Shown: piece after piece, positions 40,115 to 49,865 of the stretch
Layout of the letters: each line of letters begins with the position of its first letter
Numbering within the stretch: the stretch's first letter is position 1
From: a virus
Strand: one strand, 5' to 3'
Length of the DNA stretch: 64,000 nucleotides
IMG/VR virus record: IMGVR_UViG_3300043466_001817
Location: 1-64,000 of that record
Program-made: the position numbers and the translations under genes
Notes under the pieces: generated by a model
The model's database searches: none
The model's input: the letters and a program-made list of their open reading frames with translations, nothing else
What the model was told of the DNA's origin: nothing

Positions 40115-40585
40115 ATGGTAAACAAAGACAAGAAATTTATTATCAATGAAGGCCGCGCAATCACCAATGGCAAATTTGCTTATGGTGGCTTCCCACGTAT
40201 ATTAAAAGAATCCAATTCATATGGATCTACACACATTGAAATGTTTGATGACATCATGGCCGGCAATGATCAAAAAGCCAAAGATTTAATTAAAAAAATT
40301 GATGCTGCGAGAGGAACCGGCCCTACTTTAGATGATGTCACACACAGCCTAGAATTACATAAGCATCTTTTGAGCACTCTAGGAGAAAATCACCCACACG
40401 TCCGTGGTCTAAGCAACGGATTAAAGGATATCTACGATACTGCTCTAGAGTTTGAAAAGAATCCATCAGGAATTTCACAAAAAGATCGTGAAGATTATGC
40501 CAAATCAGTTGACATGATGAAAAATGATAAACATGCCAACACACTATCTTGGATGATGGACTATATGGATCCCAATTACATGTAA
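40115..40585 (+). CDS. Hypothetical late protein
   Basis: Perfect TATAAATA 5 nt before the ATG. Confidence 0.7.
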   Translation: MVNKDKKFIINEGRAITNGKFAYGGFPRILKESNSYGSTHIEMFDDIMAGNDQKAKDLIKKIDAARGTGPTLDDVTHSLELHKHLLSTLGENHPHVRGLSNGLKDIYDTALEFEKNPSGISQKDREDYAKSVDMMKNDKHANTLSWMMDYMDPNYM

Positions 40586-40618
40586 AATTAAATACCCCTG
40601 AGATCGTATCTCAAGGCC

Positions 40619-40650
40619 GACAACCCCGAGCGCTCGGGGTTGTTTCTTTA
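40619..40650 (+). terminator. Terminator hairpin
   Basis: acaaccccgag-cg-ctcggggttgt followed by ttcttt. Confidence 0.7.
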
Positions 40651-40661
40651 TAAATATTTCT

Positions 40662-41519
40662 ATGCTTAAACATGTTGGTGATAAATGGTATGTTCTTGAT
40701 TCAACTGGCAAAAAAGTTTTAGGCAAGCATGCCTCGAAAGCCAAAGCAGTTGCACAACTACAAGCAATTGAAATTTCAAAAGAAGAAAGAAATGAATCAA
40801 GGATAATGTCTTTCGGAGATTATCTCAAAGAAGGGTTATCTACTTTGGAATATCACCAAGAACTCAATCCTGAACTCTGGGATGGAAATGAGTTAAAACA
40901 AGAAGTTAAAGACAAACTAATTGAGATTGGGAAAACTTGGGTTGAATGGGCAAATATTCCGATTGAAGCCGTTAAAGATTTAATTTTGGTAGGTGGAAAT
41001 GCAAACTTTAATTACACACCAAAGTCGGATATTGATGTTCATATTCTCATTGATGTTGATGAGATTCCAAACTGCCCAGATTTTATTGATGATTATCTAA
41101 AAGACAAGAAACAACTTTGGTCTCTAACACACGACATCAAAGTTCATGGTCATGATGTAGAAATTTATGCTCAAGACATGAACGATGGGTTTGTTCAAGA
41201 TCAAGGAGTTTATAGTCTTACAAAAGATGAATGGTTAGTAGAACCAATTCATAAAGAAGTAAGCCTAGATGATCCTCATGTTAGCAAAAAGGTTCAAGAT
41301 TACATTGGACAAATTGATGCATTAATTGCATCAAATGCAGAAGATAAATCATTTGAAAAGTTGAAAAATAAGTTTAAAAATATGAGACAATCAGATATCA
41401 AAAAAGCCGGAGAATTTTCTCACGGCAATTTGATATTCAAAGAACTCAGAAATCTTGGTTATCTTGACCGAATGAATGACTATATCAAGTCAAAGCAAGA
41501 TGAACGCTTGAGTTTATGA
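40662..41519 (+). CDS. Pol-beta-superfamily nucleotidyltransferase
   Basis: LILVGGNANFNYTPKSDIDVHI (G[GS]...DxD) and DVEIYAQD motifs; TATAAATA upstream. Confidence 0.8.
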   Translation: MLKHVGDKWYVLDSTGKKVLGKHASKAKAVAQLQAIEISKEERNESRIMSFGDYLKEGLSTLEYHQELNPELWDGNELKQEVKDKLIEIGKTWVEWANIPIEAVKDLILVGGNANFNYTPKSDIDVHILIDVDEIPNCPDFIDDYLKDKKQLWSLTHDIKVHGHDVEIYAQDMNDGFVQDQGVYSLTKDEWLVEPIHKEVSLDDPHVSKKVQDYIGQIDALIASNAEDKSFEKLKNKFKNMRQSDIKKAGEFSHGNLIFKELRNLGYLDRMNDYIKSKQDERLSL

Positions 41520-41663
41520 TTCTAGATATCCACTGTCTATGGCCATGCACCATAAACCATAAAGAATGATGCCGACCCCTACGGATGTAAAAGTCATCAG
41601 GAATAAGCAGAAATGCCAATTTTTAATTACAAAATCTATAAATTCTTTTATCGATTCTAGCAT
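41514..41663 (-). CDS. Small membrane peptide (49 aa; not in the ORF track)
   Basis: MLESIKEFIDFVIKNWHFCLFLMTFTSVGVGIILYGLWCMAIDSGYLES. Confidence 0.45.
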   Translation of the reverse strand: MLESIKEFIDFVIKNWHFCLFLMTFTSVGVGIILYGLWCMAIDSGYLES

Positions 41664-41700
41664 AGGATAATTATATAGATTTCCTATGGTTTAGAAATGG

Positions 41701-41955
41701 TTAATTTCTCTCAACAAATTCAACCCAATCTTGCTTGACCAAATGGTTTCCCTGATAGCCATCTTTAATTTTTGACACATCCCACCAGATGGTATCACCA
41801 ACCTGGATATCCTCAGTTAGTTTATCTCCAATAGCAAGAACCTGTGCTGGGATAATTTTTGAAGTTGATTTTTCAGTATAAATGATGCCCGCTTCACTGG
41901 TCTTTTGACCACCGATCAAAGCCTTAGCCAATATCCATTTTCCAATAGGTTTCAT
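41701..41955 (-). CDS. groES: GroES/gp31-like co-chaperonin
   Basis: MKPIGKWIL...SEAGIIY...AQVLAIG...IQVGDTI pattern. Confidence 0.8.
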   Translation of the reverse strand: MKPIGKWILAKALIGGQKTSEAGIIYTEKSTSKIIPAQVLAIGDKLTEDIQVGDTIWWDVSKIKDGYQGNHLVKQDWVEFVERN

Positions 41956-42149
41956 GTTTTTCCTTTTATATCAAAAGTTTCATTTTTCCACATTTTTATT
42001 TGGTCTACTCGGAAATGTCTAATAGTGGAATCCGAAAGAACAACACACCAAACATCATTTTCAAAAGTTCCACCATCACGAATATAAATTGCGTATCCAT
42101 CTCCCAAAGGGGTTAACACTGGAATTGGATTTTTAAATTCGTGAAACAT
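41952..42149 (-). CDS. Conserved small phage protein
   Basis: IPVLTPLGDGYA...W.VVL motif. Confidence 0.65.
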   Translation of the reverse strand: MFHEFKNPIPVLTPLGDGYAIYIRDGGTFENDVWCVVLSDSTIRHFRVDQIKMWKNETFDIKGKT

Positions 42150-42159
42150 AATATTAAAA

Positions 42160-42232
42160 CTGGAGGTGAGAGATTTGAACTCCCGACATCAAGGACCAAA
42201 GCCTTGCGTTCTACCAACTGAACTAACCTCCA
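42160..42232 (-). tRNA. tRNA-Gln(TTG)
   Basis: caagg-ct-TTG-gt-ccttg anticodon arm; U1:A72 pair and G73. Confidence 0.92.
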
Positions 42233-42714
42233 CTATTTCTTCCTGCAAATGTATCTGTTTGTGAATGACAATTAGGACACAAAAATCTAAGATTATCTAT
42301 TCTATTATCGTTATGTATTCCATTTTTATGATCTAATTGTAATGTTATTGATTTTTTATTCCATATATCTTGCAACCCACATTCATCACATTTATAATCT
42401 AAAAGTTTTTCTTTAACTAATCTTTTTTTCAATATTTGTCTATTGTTATAGCATGAATTTTTTACAAGTATTTTTTTTAGATCTAAAGGAGTTCTAGCTC
42501 CTTTGGGTCTATTTTTATTAGAACCTCTTCCTTCTGGAATATGAGAATAATCAATTTTATCCTCTAATAATCTAGTCTTAAGAGTTTTTACATTTCCGCC
42601 TTTGTTTAATAAATTAAATTTGGAAAGTATACAAGAAAAAGTATCACATGATAAAACAATTTTAATTAATTCTTTTTTACTTATTTTCCAAATTGGGGAT
42701 CTTCTATTTCTCAC
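42223..42714 (-). CDS. HNH homing endonuclease
   Basis: CDECG...LQLDHKNGIHNDNRIDNLRFLCPNCHSQT; very AT-rich; stop codon lies inside the tRNA-Gln 5' end. Confidence 0.9.
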   Translation of the reverse strand: MRNRRSPIWKISKKELIKIVLSCDTFSCILSKFNLLNKGGNVKTLKTRLLEDKIDYSHIPEGRGSNKNRPKGARTPLDLKKILVKNSCYNNRQILKKRLVKEKLLDYKCDECGLQDIWNKKSITLQLDHKNGIHNDNRIDNLRFLCPNCHSQTDTFAGRNSGG

Positions 42715-42746
42715 ACAAGTATTTAGTATCACAAATATTTTAACAT

Positions 42747-43313
42747 TTATTGTGATACTGTAGAATGAATTTTAGCGCAGTAATTATTCATAATAATTGA
42801 ACTTGCACAACCAACATTGATGCTTCTCACAGAGCCATACTGCGGAATGTAAAGAATGTCATCACACATATTTATCACGTCTTTCGGAATGCCGATTTGC
42901 TCCTGGCCAAACACAAAGACGTAATGGTTTGCAGGATCAAACTCGTAAGCATTTACATCTTTAGCATCATGTACATTGTCCACGCCAATTACTTTAATGG
43001 CCTTACCAACCCCATCCGGGCCAGCAAGCGATGCAACATAGTCGGCCAGTGAATCAATATCTCGTACATGCTTGAAATTAGTGTAGTGATGGGTTCCAAC
43101 AGTCCCACGACGATCATATTTTTTATTACCGTAGACGACAACTTCCTTCGCAAGAAATGCGTTAGCGTTTCTAATGACGGTAGCAATATTGAAATCGTTA
43201 CCAATGTTGCAACATACCACAGAAAAATTATGACGTTTGCTGTCAAGATCTGCAATAATAGCATCGTGGTTCCAATAGTGGTAATAGTCGATAAGGTTGC
43301 GAGTCTCGGTCAT
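42747..43313 (-). CDS. SpoU/TrmH-family (SPOUT) RNA 2'-O-methyltransferase
   Basis: NIATVIRNANAF, FVFGQEQIGI and IPQYGSVRSINVGCA motifs. Confidence 0.9.
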   Translation of the reverse strand: MTETRNLIDYYHYWNHDAIIADLDSKRHNFSVVCCNIGNDFNIATVIRNANAFLAKEVVVYGNKKYDRRGTVGTHHYTNFKHVRDIDSLADYVASLAGPDGVGKAIKVIGVDNVHDAKDVNAYEFDPANHYVFVFGQEQIGIPKDVINMCDDILYIPQYGSVRSINVGCASSIIMNNYCAKIHSTVSQ

Positions 43314-43328
43314 TGGTTATAGTATACA

Positions 43329-44462
43329 TCAAGAACGGGAAGAGTCAACCATTGCAATGCGTTCTCCGATCCATTCCATGCAGTTCACGGCCATGCTGTT
43401 GCCAAGCGCCCTGTAGCGAGGACCATCGGGACATTCATCAGCAGACTTGTTCTTCCAAGGAATGCTAGTGTAGTTATCAGGGAAGCCCTGAAGCCTCTCA
43501 CATTCAATTGGAGTCAATCTACGAACAGACATGGACTGGACAACCGCAGTGGTTGCACGGGTATCACCGGAATCAAAAATATTTTGCGTAGGTGCGACAT
43601 CACCTTCAACCCAAGTCTCATCATCTGTGTTAGACTGGGCTCTCTTTGATTTGGTGAACGGTACGGGTATGTATGCACCATGCCCATCCAATTCAGTATG
43701 AGATCTCACACCGCGAGTGCCAAGAGTTCCAGAAACCTCCTGGGCCACCATAGCAAAGCCATCTGCCCTGCTGTAATCGTGGCAGGTAGTTTCAAGACAC
43801 GGGGCTATTTCGTGGCTTGTGACGCAATTGCTTGAAGTGCTTTCTCCAGAACCAAAGGCAATCTCCTCGCCCTTCTTTCTGCGCGACGCAGAATCCCGGA
43901 GCACGCTTTGGCGCTCAAAAAGAACCTTGGCTGCACTGGTTGTGTCTCCAAGACATCCGACAACGAACACACGTCTCCGTCTTTGCGGGACGGCGTTCGG
44001 ATGCCGTTGTGTTCTGACCCATTGAGAGTCAAGGACTCTGTAGGACCACCCATACCCCAGTTGCCCCAGCGCCCCGAGGAAGGAACCAAAATCCCTTCCT
44101 CCGTTGGATGACAGGACTCCGGGGACATTTTCCCAGACAATCCATCTAGGCCGTAGACGTTTAGCGATCTCAAGGTAGGTAAGCATGAGGCCACCTCTTG
44201 GGTCTTTAAGACCTCCTCTGAGTCCTGCAACTGAAAAAGATTGACAGGGGGTTCCCCCGACGAGTAGGTCGATGTCGCCTTCTTTGAGGTTCCACGTTTC
44301 ATATTTTGTCATGTCTCCTAGGTTTGGAACATTTGGGTAGTGATGTGCGAGAACAGCAGATGGAAATGGTTCAATGTCGCTAAATGCAACCGGCGTCCAT
44401 CCAAGAGGATGCCACGCCACAGTTGCTGCTTCAATTCCACTGCAAACTGAAAGATATCTCAT
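43329..44462 (-). CDS. C5-cytosine DNA methyltransferase
   Basis: SVCSGIE, GGTPCQSFS, WENVPG, QRRRRVF, RRLTPIECERLQGFP and LGNS motifs. Confidence 0.95.
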   Translation of the reverse strand: MRYLSVCSGIEAATVAWHPLGWTPVAFSDIEPFPSAVLAHHYPNVPNLGDMTKYETWNLKEGDIDLLVGGTPCQSFSVAGLRGGLKDPRGGLMLTYLEIAKRLRPRWIVWENVPGVLSSNGGRDFGSFLGALGQLGYGWSYRVLDSQWVRTQRHPNAVPQRRRRVFVVGCLGDTTSAAKVLFERQSVLRDSASRRKKGEEIAFGSGESTSSNCVTSHEIAPCLETTCHDYSRADGFAMVAQEVSGTLGTRGVRSHTELDGHGAYIPVPFTKSKRAQSNTDDETWVEGDVAPTQNIFDSGDTRATTAVVQSMSVRRLTPIECERLQGFPDNYTSIPWKNKSADECPDGPRYRALGNSMAVNCMEWIGERIAMVDSSRS

Positions 44463-44463
44463 T

Positions 44464-44904
44464 TTAGTCTTTTTGCCAGTTGTTCAGAATCCAACTTGAA
44501 GAGTTCTTCTTATCTTCTCCACCGACACCGAACATGAATGAAAGATTAATATCATGATAATCCATCTCAGGAATGTTTTTTCCGTTCCTATCTCCGCCGT
44601 TGGCGAAGATAATGTGAGCATCGGGATACATCATTCTGACTTTATGAATAGCATCCTTTGCGCTGCCATCGTCATCATTGAATTCAATGACTTCATCAAC
44701 ACCCTTGATGTGCTTGATGATCGTGGCTCTTTCATTGAACGGCAAGAAACTCTTGCCCTTCTTTCTTACGAGCCATGCGTCGGAATTGACACCAACGATT
44801 AGATAGGTTCCATGACTACGAGCAGCAGCAATGTATGCAATGTGTCCGCTGTGAATGGGATCAAAGCCACCAGTAATCAAAACAATAGTCATGTTCTTGC
44901 TCAT
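44464..44904 (-). CDS. Cytidylyltransferase-family (HIGH) nucleotidyltransferase, RfaE-II/TagD-like
   Basis: TGGFDPIHSGH, VGVNSD, FANGGDR and KNSSS motifs. Confidence 0.88.
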   Translation of the reverse strand: MSKNMTIVLITGGFDPIHSGHIAYIAAARSHGTYLIVGVNSDAWLVRKKGKSFLPFNERATIIKHIKGVDEVIEFNDDDGSAKDAIHKVRMMYPDAHIIFANGGDRNGKNIPEMDYHDINLSFMFGVGGEDKKNSSSWILNNWQKD

Positions 44905-44916
44905 GTAAATCTCCAA

Positions 44917-44990
44917 TGACCCCACCGAGAATCGAACTCGGAGTCTTCTCCTTGAAAGGGAGACGATTTAGCCACTTAATCTATGGGGCC
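44917..44990 (-). tRNA. tRNA-Glu(TTC)
   Basis: tctcc-ct-TTC-aa-ggaga anticodon arm. Confidence 0.92.
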
Positions 44991-44996
44991 TTTATA

Positions 44997-45440
44997 TTAT
45001 TTAATGCGCTTTCTTCCGTATGCAAACGCAGAAGCAATCACAATCAAAGCTGCGCCAGCAGGAGAAGGACAATCGTTTCCACGACCACACTGATTTGGAT
45101 CTATTCCACCGAAAGGCATCGTGATGCTTTCAATGCGATCATGCTGCACAGGAATGGCAAAGTCCTGATTCACCATCTGAATGGTGCAAACAAGATTGTT
45201 ATGGTTGTAGATCTTGTATATCCAATAGCCATCAGCCTTGCCCATGAATAGATTGTTACCGACAATCGACGCAGGAACCGTAGGAGGATTGATTGCCTCC
45301 GTGGTAGGCGTAGGCATTGTGTATGCCGTATCAAAGGTCAGAGGATTGTCGAAGTGTTCACCGAGGTAAGTAGAACCCTGATAAACGGAACGGTCAATAA
45401 CCTGACCGGGCATATAAAGAGTAGACACAGAAGTAAGCAT
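44997..45440 (-). CDS. Protein with PEP-CTERM-like C-terminus
   Basis: C-terminus CPSPAGAALIVIASAFAYGRKRIK; no clear signal peptide. Confidence 0.6.
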   Translation of the reverse strand: MLTSVSTLYMPGQVIDRSVYQGSTYLGEHFDNPLTFDTAYTMPTPTTEAINPPTVPASIVGNNLFMGKADGYWIYKIYNHNNLVCTIQMVNQDFAIPVQHDRIESITMPFGGIDPNQCGRGNDCPSPAGAALIVIASAFAYGRKRIK

Positions 45441-45475
45441 GGTTGTATTATATCCTGTCCAATAACAAAGTCAAA

Positions 45476-45814
45476 TTATTCCATATCGGTTTTGCGGTGC
45501 AAATTATTATTATCGTTTGCTTCCTGAACCATATCATTCAGGCCAAGTTCTTCATCAAGCATTGCCAACCTGTCCATAGCCTGTTGACGCTTCATCATTT
45601 CAATTCTAGCCGGTGTGCGGAACTTCTTCATGAAGTCACATTTGCAATGTTCAAACTCACGGTCGTCTGCGTGAATGAGAAGCCCGTCCCACTCATCACA
45701 CCAATGCCATCCGTTGGCAACTTCTTCTGCGGTCAGAATGACATTCTCATCGCCATCAAAAGGCTGCATGAGGTAGTTCCAACGCTCTTCAGACATTCCG
45801 TGTTTATTAAACAT
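45476..45814 (-). CDS. Hypothetical protein
   Basis: GWHWCDEWDGLLI...CKC; AGGAG SD. Confidence 0.65.
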   Translation of the reverse strand: MFNKHGMSEERWNYLMQPFDGDENVILTAEEVANGWHWCDEWDGLLIHADDREFEHCKCDFMKKFRTPARIEMMKRQQAMDRLAMLDEELGLNDMVQEANDNNNLHRKTDME

Positions 45815-46187
45815 TATCGTTCTCCTCAATATCAAACTTTGGCGGTACTGCCTTGCCTTTGGAAACAACTACGCCGTTCAGCGTCTTGACGACTGGTGCG
45901 TTCTTGAAGCAGTCCCATCCACGCAACTCGGCCTCTTCCTTGGCAGTCGTTGCTCCATCCATCTCAACCCATTCGCACACTTCTAGTCTTGCCTCGTCGC
46001 GCTCGGCAGTAAGTTCAATAATCTTTTCAGAGCGCATATCACACATATGAATACGCTCGGTCAATTCATCACGAAGAAGTTCCATGTACTCATACGCCTC
46101 ACAGATATCCCGCAGAACATCAGGGGGAAGATCGGTGCGCTTGCTATGGCAGCGCAGGCGGTAGTCTATGGGTTCGTAGTCGGGCAT
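45807..46187 (-). CDS. Hypothetical protein
   Basis: LTAERDEAR.EVC...A..RGWDCF motif. Confidence 0.65.
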   Translation of the reverse strand: MPDYEPIDYRLRCHSKRTDLPPDVLRDICEAYEYMELLRDELTERIHMCDMRSEKIIELTAERDEARLEVCEWVEMDGATTAKEEAELRGWDCFKNAPVVKTLNGVVVSKGKAVPPKFDIEENDNV

Positions 46188-46354
46188 TACTTACCAACCG
46201 TAATGGTGATCTTTTGAGCAATTGTAATCGCAAAGAGCATCATAGTGATTGCACAGGTAACCATCGTAGCAACAAATGCCACATCTCCAAAAAGTCTGAG
46301 AATCTTGGTGTTGGTATCAGAATCGGTCTTGGTGTTATTCTTTTTCGTAGCCAT
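46187..46354 (-). CDS. Small single-TM protein (55 aa; not in the ORF track)
   Basis: MATKKNN...FGDVAFVATMVTCAITMMLFAITIA; AAGGA SD. Confidence 0.55.
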   Translation of the reverse strand: MATKKNNTKTDSDTNTKILRLFGDVAFVATMVTCAITMMLFAITIAQKITITVGK

Positions 46355-46371
46355 GTTGTTTTCCTTTTGTA

Positions 46372-46563
46372 TTAGATTGCGTTAGCCAAATCACCGAGAT
46401 CATCCGAGATCTGGTAGAGCCTGTCCGAGATCTGATTTGGATTAATGTCTCCACTCTGAACTTCAGAGGCCAAATCATCAACGAGTGCAATGATCTCGTC
46501 AATCGCGTCCGTAACAGAAATGCTCTTCACAACGATCTTCTTGTTCTTATTCTTGGTAGCCAT
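46372..46563 (-). CDS. Hypothetical protein
   Basis: MATKNKNKK... start with GGAG SD. Confidence 0.6.
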   Translation of the reverse strand: MATKNKNKKIVVKSISVTDAIDEIIALVDDLASEVQSGDINPNQISDRLYQISDDLGDLANAI

Positions 46564-46564
46564 A

Positions 46565-46831
46565 TTAGTCTCCGAGGTATTCCTTTTGAGTGTAACGAGT
46601 AATGCTCTTGATCTTACCGTACCGACGACGGGCACAAGCAACGATACGCTTGTATTCCTTCGCGGTGCAGTAGAAGTGTACATCAAAAGCGTTCTTTGTC
46701 AAGTGAGTTCCCGAACCATAGAACATCTCCGGGTAACGCTTTTCCAATCCGTTAGAAATCTGAAAATAGTTTCCACGGTTGTAATTGAAGTAGTAGTGGT
46801 ACTTGGTTTCTTTCTTGGTCTTGGTCATCAT
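46565..46831 (-). CDS. Hypothetical basic protein
   Basis: Own TTGACT...TATACT promoter. Confidence 0.6.
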   Translation of the reverse strand: MMTKTKKETKYHYYFNYNRGNYFQISNGLEKRYPEMFYGSGTHLTKNAFDVHFYCTAKEYKRIVACARRRYGKIKSITRYTQKEYLGD

Positions 46832-46866
46832 ATGCATAGTATATCTCCAGTTAGAGGTTAGTCAAG

Positions 46867-47115
46867 TCAATCGTTTGAAGGTTGAACAGTATTTTTCTTT
46901 GCTGCCTTGTAGACCTGCTGTTCACCGATCCACTCCGATGCTTTAACCATCCAATTTGCAAACTTAAATGCCATCACGGGACTGTGAATTTGAGCTTTGG
47001 AAGGAGTGTAGATGGTCAAGTTTTTGTGGTAAATTTTTACACATCGTTCGCCGTTACCATACTCATGACATTCGGCAATGAAGGTCTTATAGACAAACGG
47101 TGCGGGAGTATCCAT
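46867..47115 (-). CDS. Hypothetical protein
   Basis: 82-aa ORF coupled to the upstream gene. Confidence 0.55.
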   Translation of the reverse strand: MDTPAPFVYKTFIAECHEYGNGERCVKIYHKNLTIYTPSKAQIHSPVMAFKFANWMVKASEWIGEQQVYKAAKKNTVQPSND

Positions 47116-47351
47116 TACAGTCGCTCCATGAAGTCCCGGTCGTCATCCTGATCGAAGAGAGGCATATCCATTTCATCCTCCGTCCAATCGGTATAATCGA
47201 CGCTAGTCTCACCCACTTGGTGCAGGCGGTAGTACTCCCACACATTATCAGAGGTGGGATTCCACTCCCACAGAAGGCCACGCATGACCTTGATCTTCTC
47301 GTTGAGGCGGACAATTTCGGCCTGGAGTTCGTTGATCTCGTTGCTGTTCAT
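47115..47351 (-). CDS. Hypothetical acidic protein
   Basis: TTGACT...TATACT promoter 6 nt before the ATG. Confidence 0.6.
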   Translation of the reverse strand: MNSNEINELQAEIVRLNEKIKVMRGLLWEWNPTSDNVWEYYRLHQVGETSVDYTDWTEDEMDMPLFDQDDDRDFMERL

Positions 47352-47408
47352 GCCCAGAGTATAGCACGGGGATTGGGAGAGTCAAGAGAACTCGCCATAA
47401 ATAGTTTC

Positions 47409-47762
47409 ATGAGTGAAACACAACATGAAGTCGGAATCAGACCTTGGGGATCATACAAAGTTTTGGCAGAAGAACCCAAGACAAAAGTAAAAATTATTAC
47501 CGTAAAGCCAAAGGGCAAGTTGAGCCTGCAATATCACCACTACCGCCAAGAACATTGGTATGTGGTTCAGGGGAAAGGTAAACTCACCCTCGGCAACTCT
47601 TTCTGGACTCTCAATCCCGGAGATCATGCGGACATCCCCCTCGGAATGCAACACAGGATTGAAAATATTGGTGAAGAAGATTTAATTTTTGTAGAAGTTC
47701 AAACCGGTCAAAGTTTTGATGAGAATGATATTGTAAGAGTTGAAGATGATTATGGTAGATAA
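47409..47762 (+). CDS. Cupin, mannose-6-phosphate isomerase type II C-terminal domain
   Basis: RPWGSY, LSLQYHHYRQEHW and HRIEN...EVQTG...ENDIVRVEDDYGR motifs. Confidence 0.92.
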   Translation: MSETQHEVGIRPWGSYKVLAEEPKTKVKIITVKPKGKLSLQYHHYRQEHWYVVQGKGKLTLGNSFWTLNPGDHADIPLGMQHRIENIGEEDLIFVEVQTGQSFDENDIVRVEDDYGR

Positions 47763-47770
47763 ATAATGGT

Positions 47771-49864
47771 ATGCTGAGATTCAAATCATACCTAGTCGAA
47801 GACTTTGACGTACAAATTTTAATTCTTGAAGGAAAAGCCCAACACCAAGTTGTTAAACAGTTTGGGCCAAAAATTTTAGAACTAATGCAAAGAGATCAGG
47901 GGAGACTCGGTGAGGCTGGCGATCTTCCAGGAACTTTGCATTATGAAAAAATCAAAGATCAAGAAGGACATGGAACACCAGAACACATGTCCAATTACAT
48001 TTTAAAGCACATGGGGATTCCCGAAGCCCCAAGTTATTTGAATATCAGCAAACCAGAAGATGCAAATACTTGGAATCAGCATGTAAATTGGATGTTGACA
48101 AGATATGCTCAAGGCGGACAAGGAGTTGGTAAGGGTGGTATTCAAAGATTAGAAGATATTCAATATAGAGCATTACCAGCATTGGCCAAATTTCACAAAT
48201 TGACCAAAGAAGGAAAATTAAATGCATCTTCTTTGGCAAAGTGGAAGCATTTGACTGACATGGAAGATGCTTTGCAAAATGCAGATCCATTGAATGCAGA
48301 AGGCGTAGATCCAGATGAATACACAGTTCATGGTGAAAATGAGCATTGGACGGTTGTAACTCCACATACGGCAGAAGCAGCATGTTCATTGGGCCACGGA
48401 ACAAACTGGTGTACTACATCGGGGGCTTTTGAGCAATATAATGAACAGGGCCCATTACACATTGCAATTCCAAAGAAACCATCACATAAAAATGAGAAAT
48501 ATCAATTACATATAGAATCAAATCAATTCATGGATGAAGGTGATGAGCCAGTTTCAAAAGAACAGTTCTTGAATACACATAAATCAAGACCATTCCCAAC
48601 AAGTATTTCTGCACCTGCAAAAACTAAGTTTAATCTTTCTGCAGAACATTTCAATGAAGAAGAAATGGATCATATACTTAAAACAAACACTACAGCGGCA
48701 CTTCGCATTGGTCTAGGCGAACATATTAGCAAACCACGTGTAATGGAATACTTAAAAACTTCAAGACCTCGTGATATTGATAATGTAGCAAGAGTACTTA
48801 GTCAAACAAAACATATTCAAAAAGAAGATGTTGATTATATTTTCAATAATTTTAAAGGACATCACTCTGGTACAGGCGAATTTGGCCCACATGTCATTAA
48901 TGCATTTTTGGGTAAAAACTTTGTTGATATGCTTCCTGGTCACAAAGGAAAAACAAATTATGATGAGCATATTACACCAGAACATTTAAAAAATGCATAT
49001 GAGTATTCAATATCTAAAGATGCAGATTTTGAAACTGCAAAGAAACTTAAAGAAAAAATAACAAGTCACCCAAATGTACCAGAAGATGTTCTTGAACATG
49101 CTCGTTCAATTAGAAACCATTCAGCATATGCAAATCCAAGAACTACAGCAAAACAAATTGAACAATTTTTTGAAGAAGAAAAAGCAAATCCAAATAAAGA
49201 AACTCATAATGCTAGAAATACAATGGTTTTACAAAATGCTGTAAGAAATCCAAATTTCCCACAGCATATGTTTGAATCAATAATTAATTACGACCAACTT
49301 CCAAAGAGACAATCGACTTATTCATTACGATTTGATAATCGTAATGAATACGATTTTCATGGAATAAATGTATTCGATGCAGAAATGAAACAATTAAGAA
49401 ATTCTGTACTTCAAAATCCTTCATTGTCGGATAAACACATACACAAAGTTCTTGATACTCCATCATTGTTTAAAACTGAAAACGAGCATGCAGATGCACT
49501 GAGATCAATAATTTTTAATCCTTCAGCGACACCAAAACATATAGTAAAAGCAATAGAAACCGCACCAGTGGATATAAACAGTTCTTCAGTTAAAAAGAAC
49601 AAACACAGTTTTACTCATACTGTTCTTGACAAATACAATGCCCAAAGTAAAGGAGTCGTTCCTGAAGAAGTTTTTGATGCTCTTGTACGAAATGAAACTG
49701 GGATGTATGGAACTCTTGGTTCTTTAATAAAACACAGTCAATTTACTGATAAACATGCTGATGAATTGATGAAAAAATTTGAAGGAAATCAATTTGTTCA
49801 AGATGAAATTATCAAACAAATGAATTCAAAAAAACAGCAGCCAATAACCCCGAGCCAATACTGA
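47771..49864 (+). CDS. Large putative internal head protein
   Basis: MLRFKSYLVE N-terminus; P.T.EAACSLG.GTNWCT motif; NPNxP/LRV-like repeats; ends ITPSQY. Confidence 0.75.
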   Translation: MLRFKSYLVEDFDVQILILEGKAQHQVVKQFGPKILELMQRDQGRLGEAGDLPGTLHYEKIKDQEGHGTPEHMSNYILKHMGIPEAPSYLNISKPEDANTWNQHVNWMLTRYAQGGQGVGKGGIQRLEDIQYRALPALAKFHKLTKEGKLNASSLAKWKHLTDMEDALQNADPLNAEGVDPDEYTVHGENEHWTVVTPHTAEAACSLGHGTNWCTTSGAFEQYNEQGPLHIAIPKKPSHKNEKYQLHIESNQFMDEGDEPVSKEQFLNTHKSRPFPTSISAPAKTKFNLSAEHFNEEEMDHILKTNTTAALRIGLGEHISKPRVMEYLKTSRPRDIDNVARVLSQTKHIQKEDVDYIFNNFKGHHSGTGEFGPHVINAFLGKNFVDMLPGHKGKTNYDEHITPEHLKNAYEYSISKDADFETAKKLKEKITSHPNVPEDVLEHARSIRNHSAYANPRTTAKQIEQFFEEEKANPNKETHNARNTMVLQNAVRNPNFPQHMFESIINYDQLPKRQSTYSLRFDNRNEYDFHGINVFDAEMKQLRNSVLQNPSLSDKHIHKVLDTPSLFKTENEHADALRSIIFNPSATPKHIVKAIETAPVDINSSSVKKNKHSFTHTVLDKYNAQSKGVVPEEVFDALVRNETGMYGTLGSLIKHSQFTDKHADELMKKFEGNQFVQDEIIKQMNSKKQQPITPSQY

Positions 49865-49865
49865 T

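Noticed and set aside
47100-47408. N-terminal extension of the cupin ORF
   Set aside because: It overlaps a minus-strand gene and its promoter; the likely start is the ATG at 47409 after CATAAATA.
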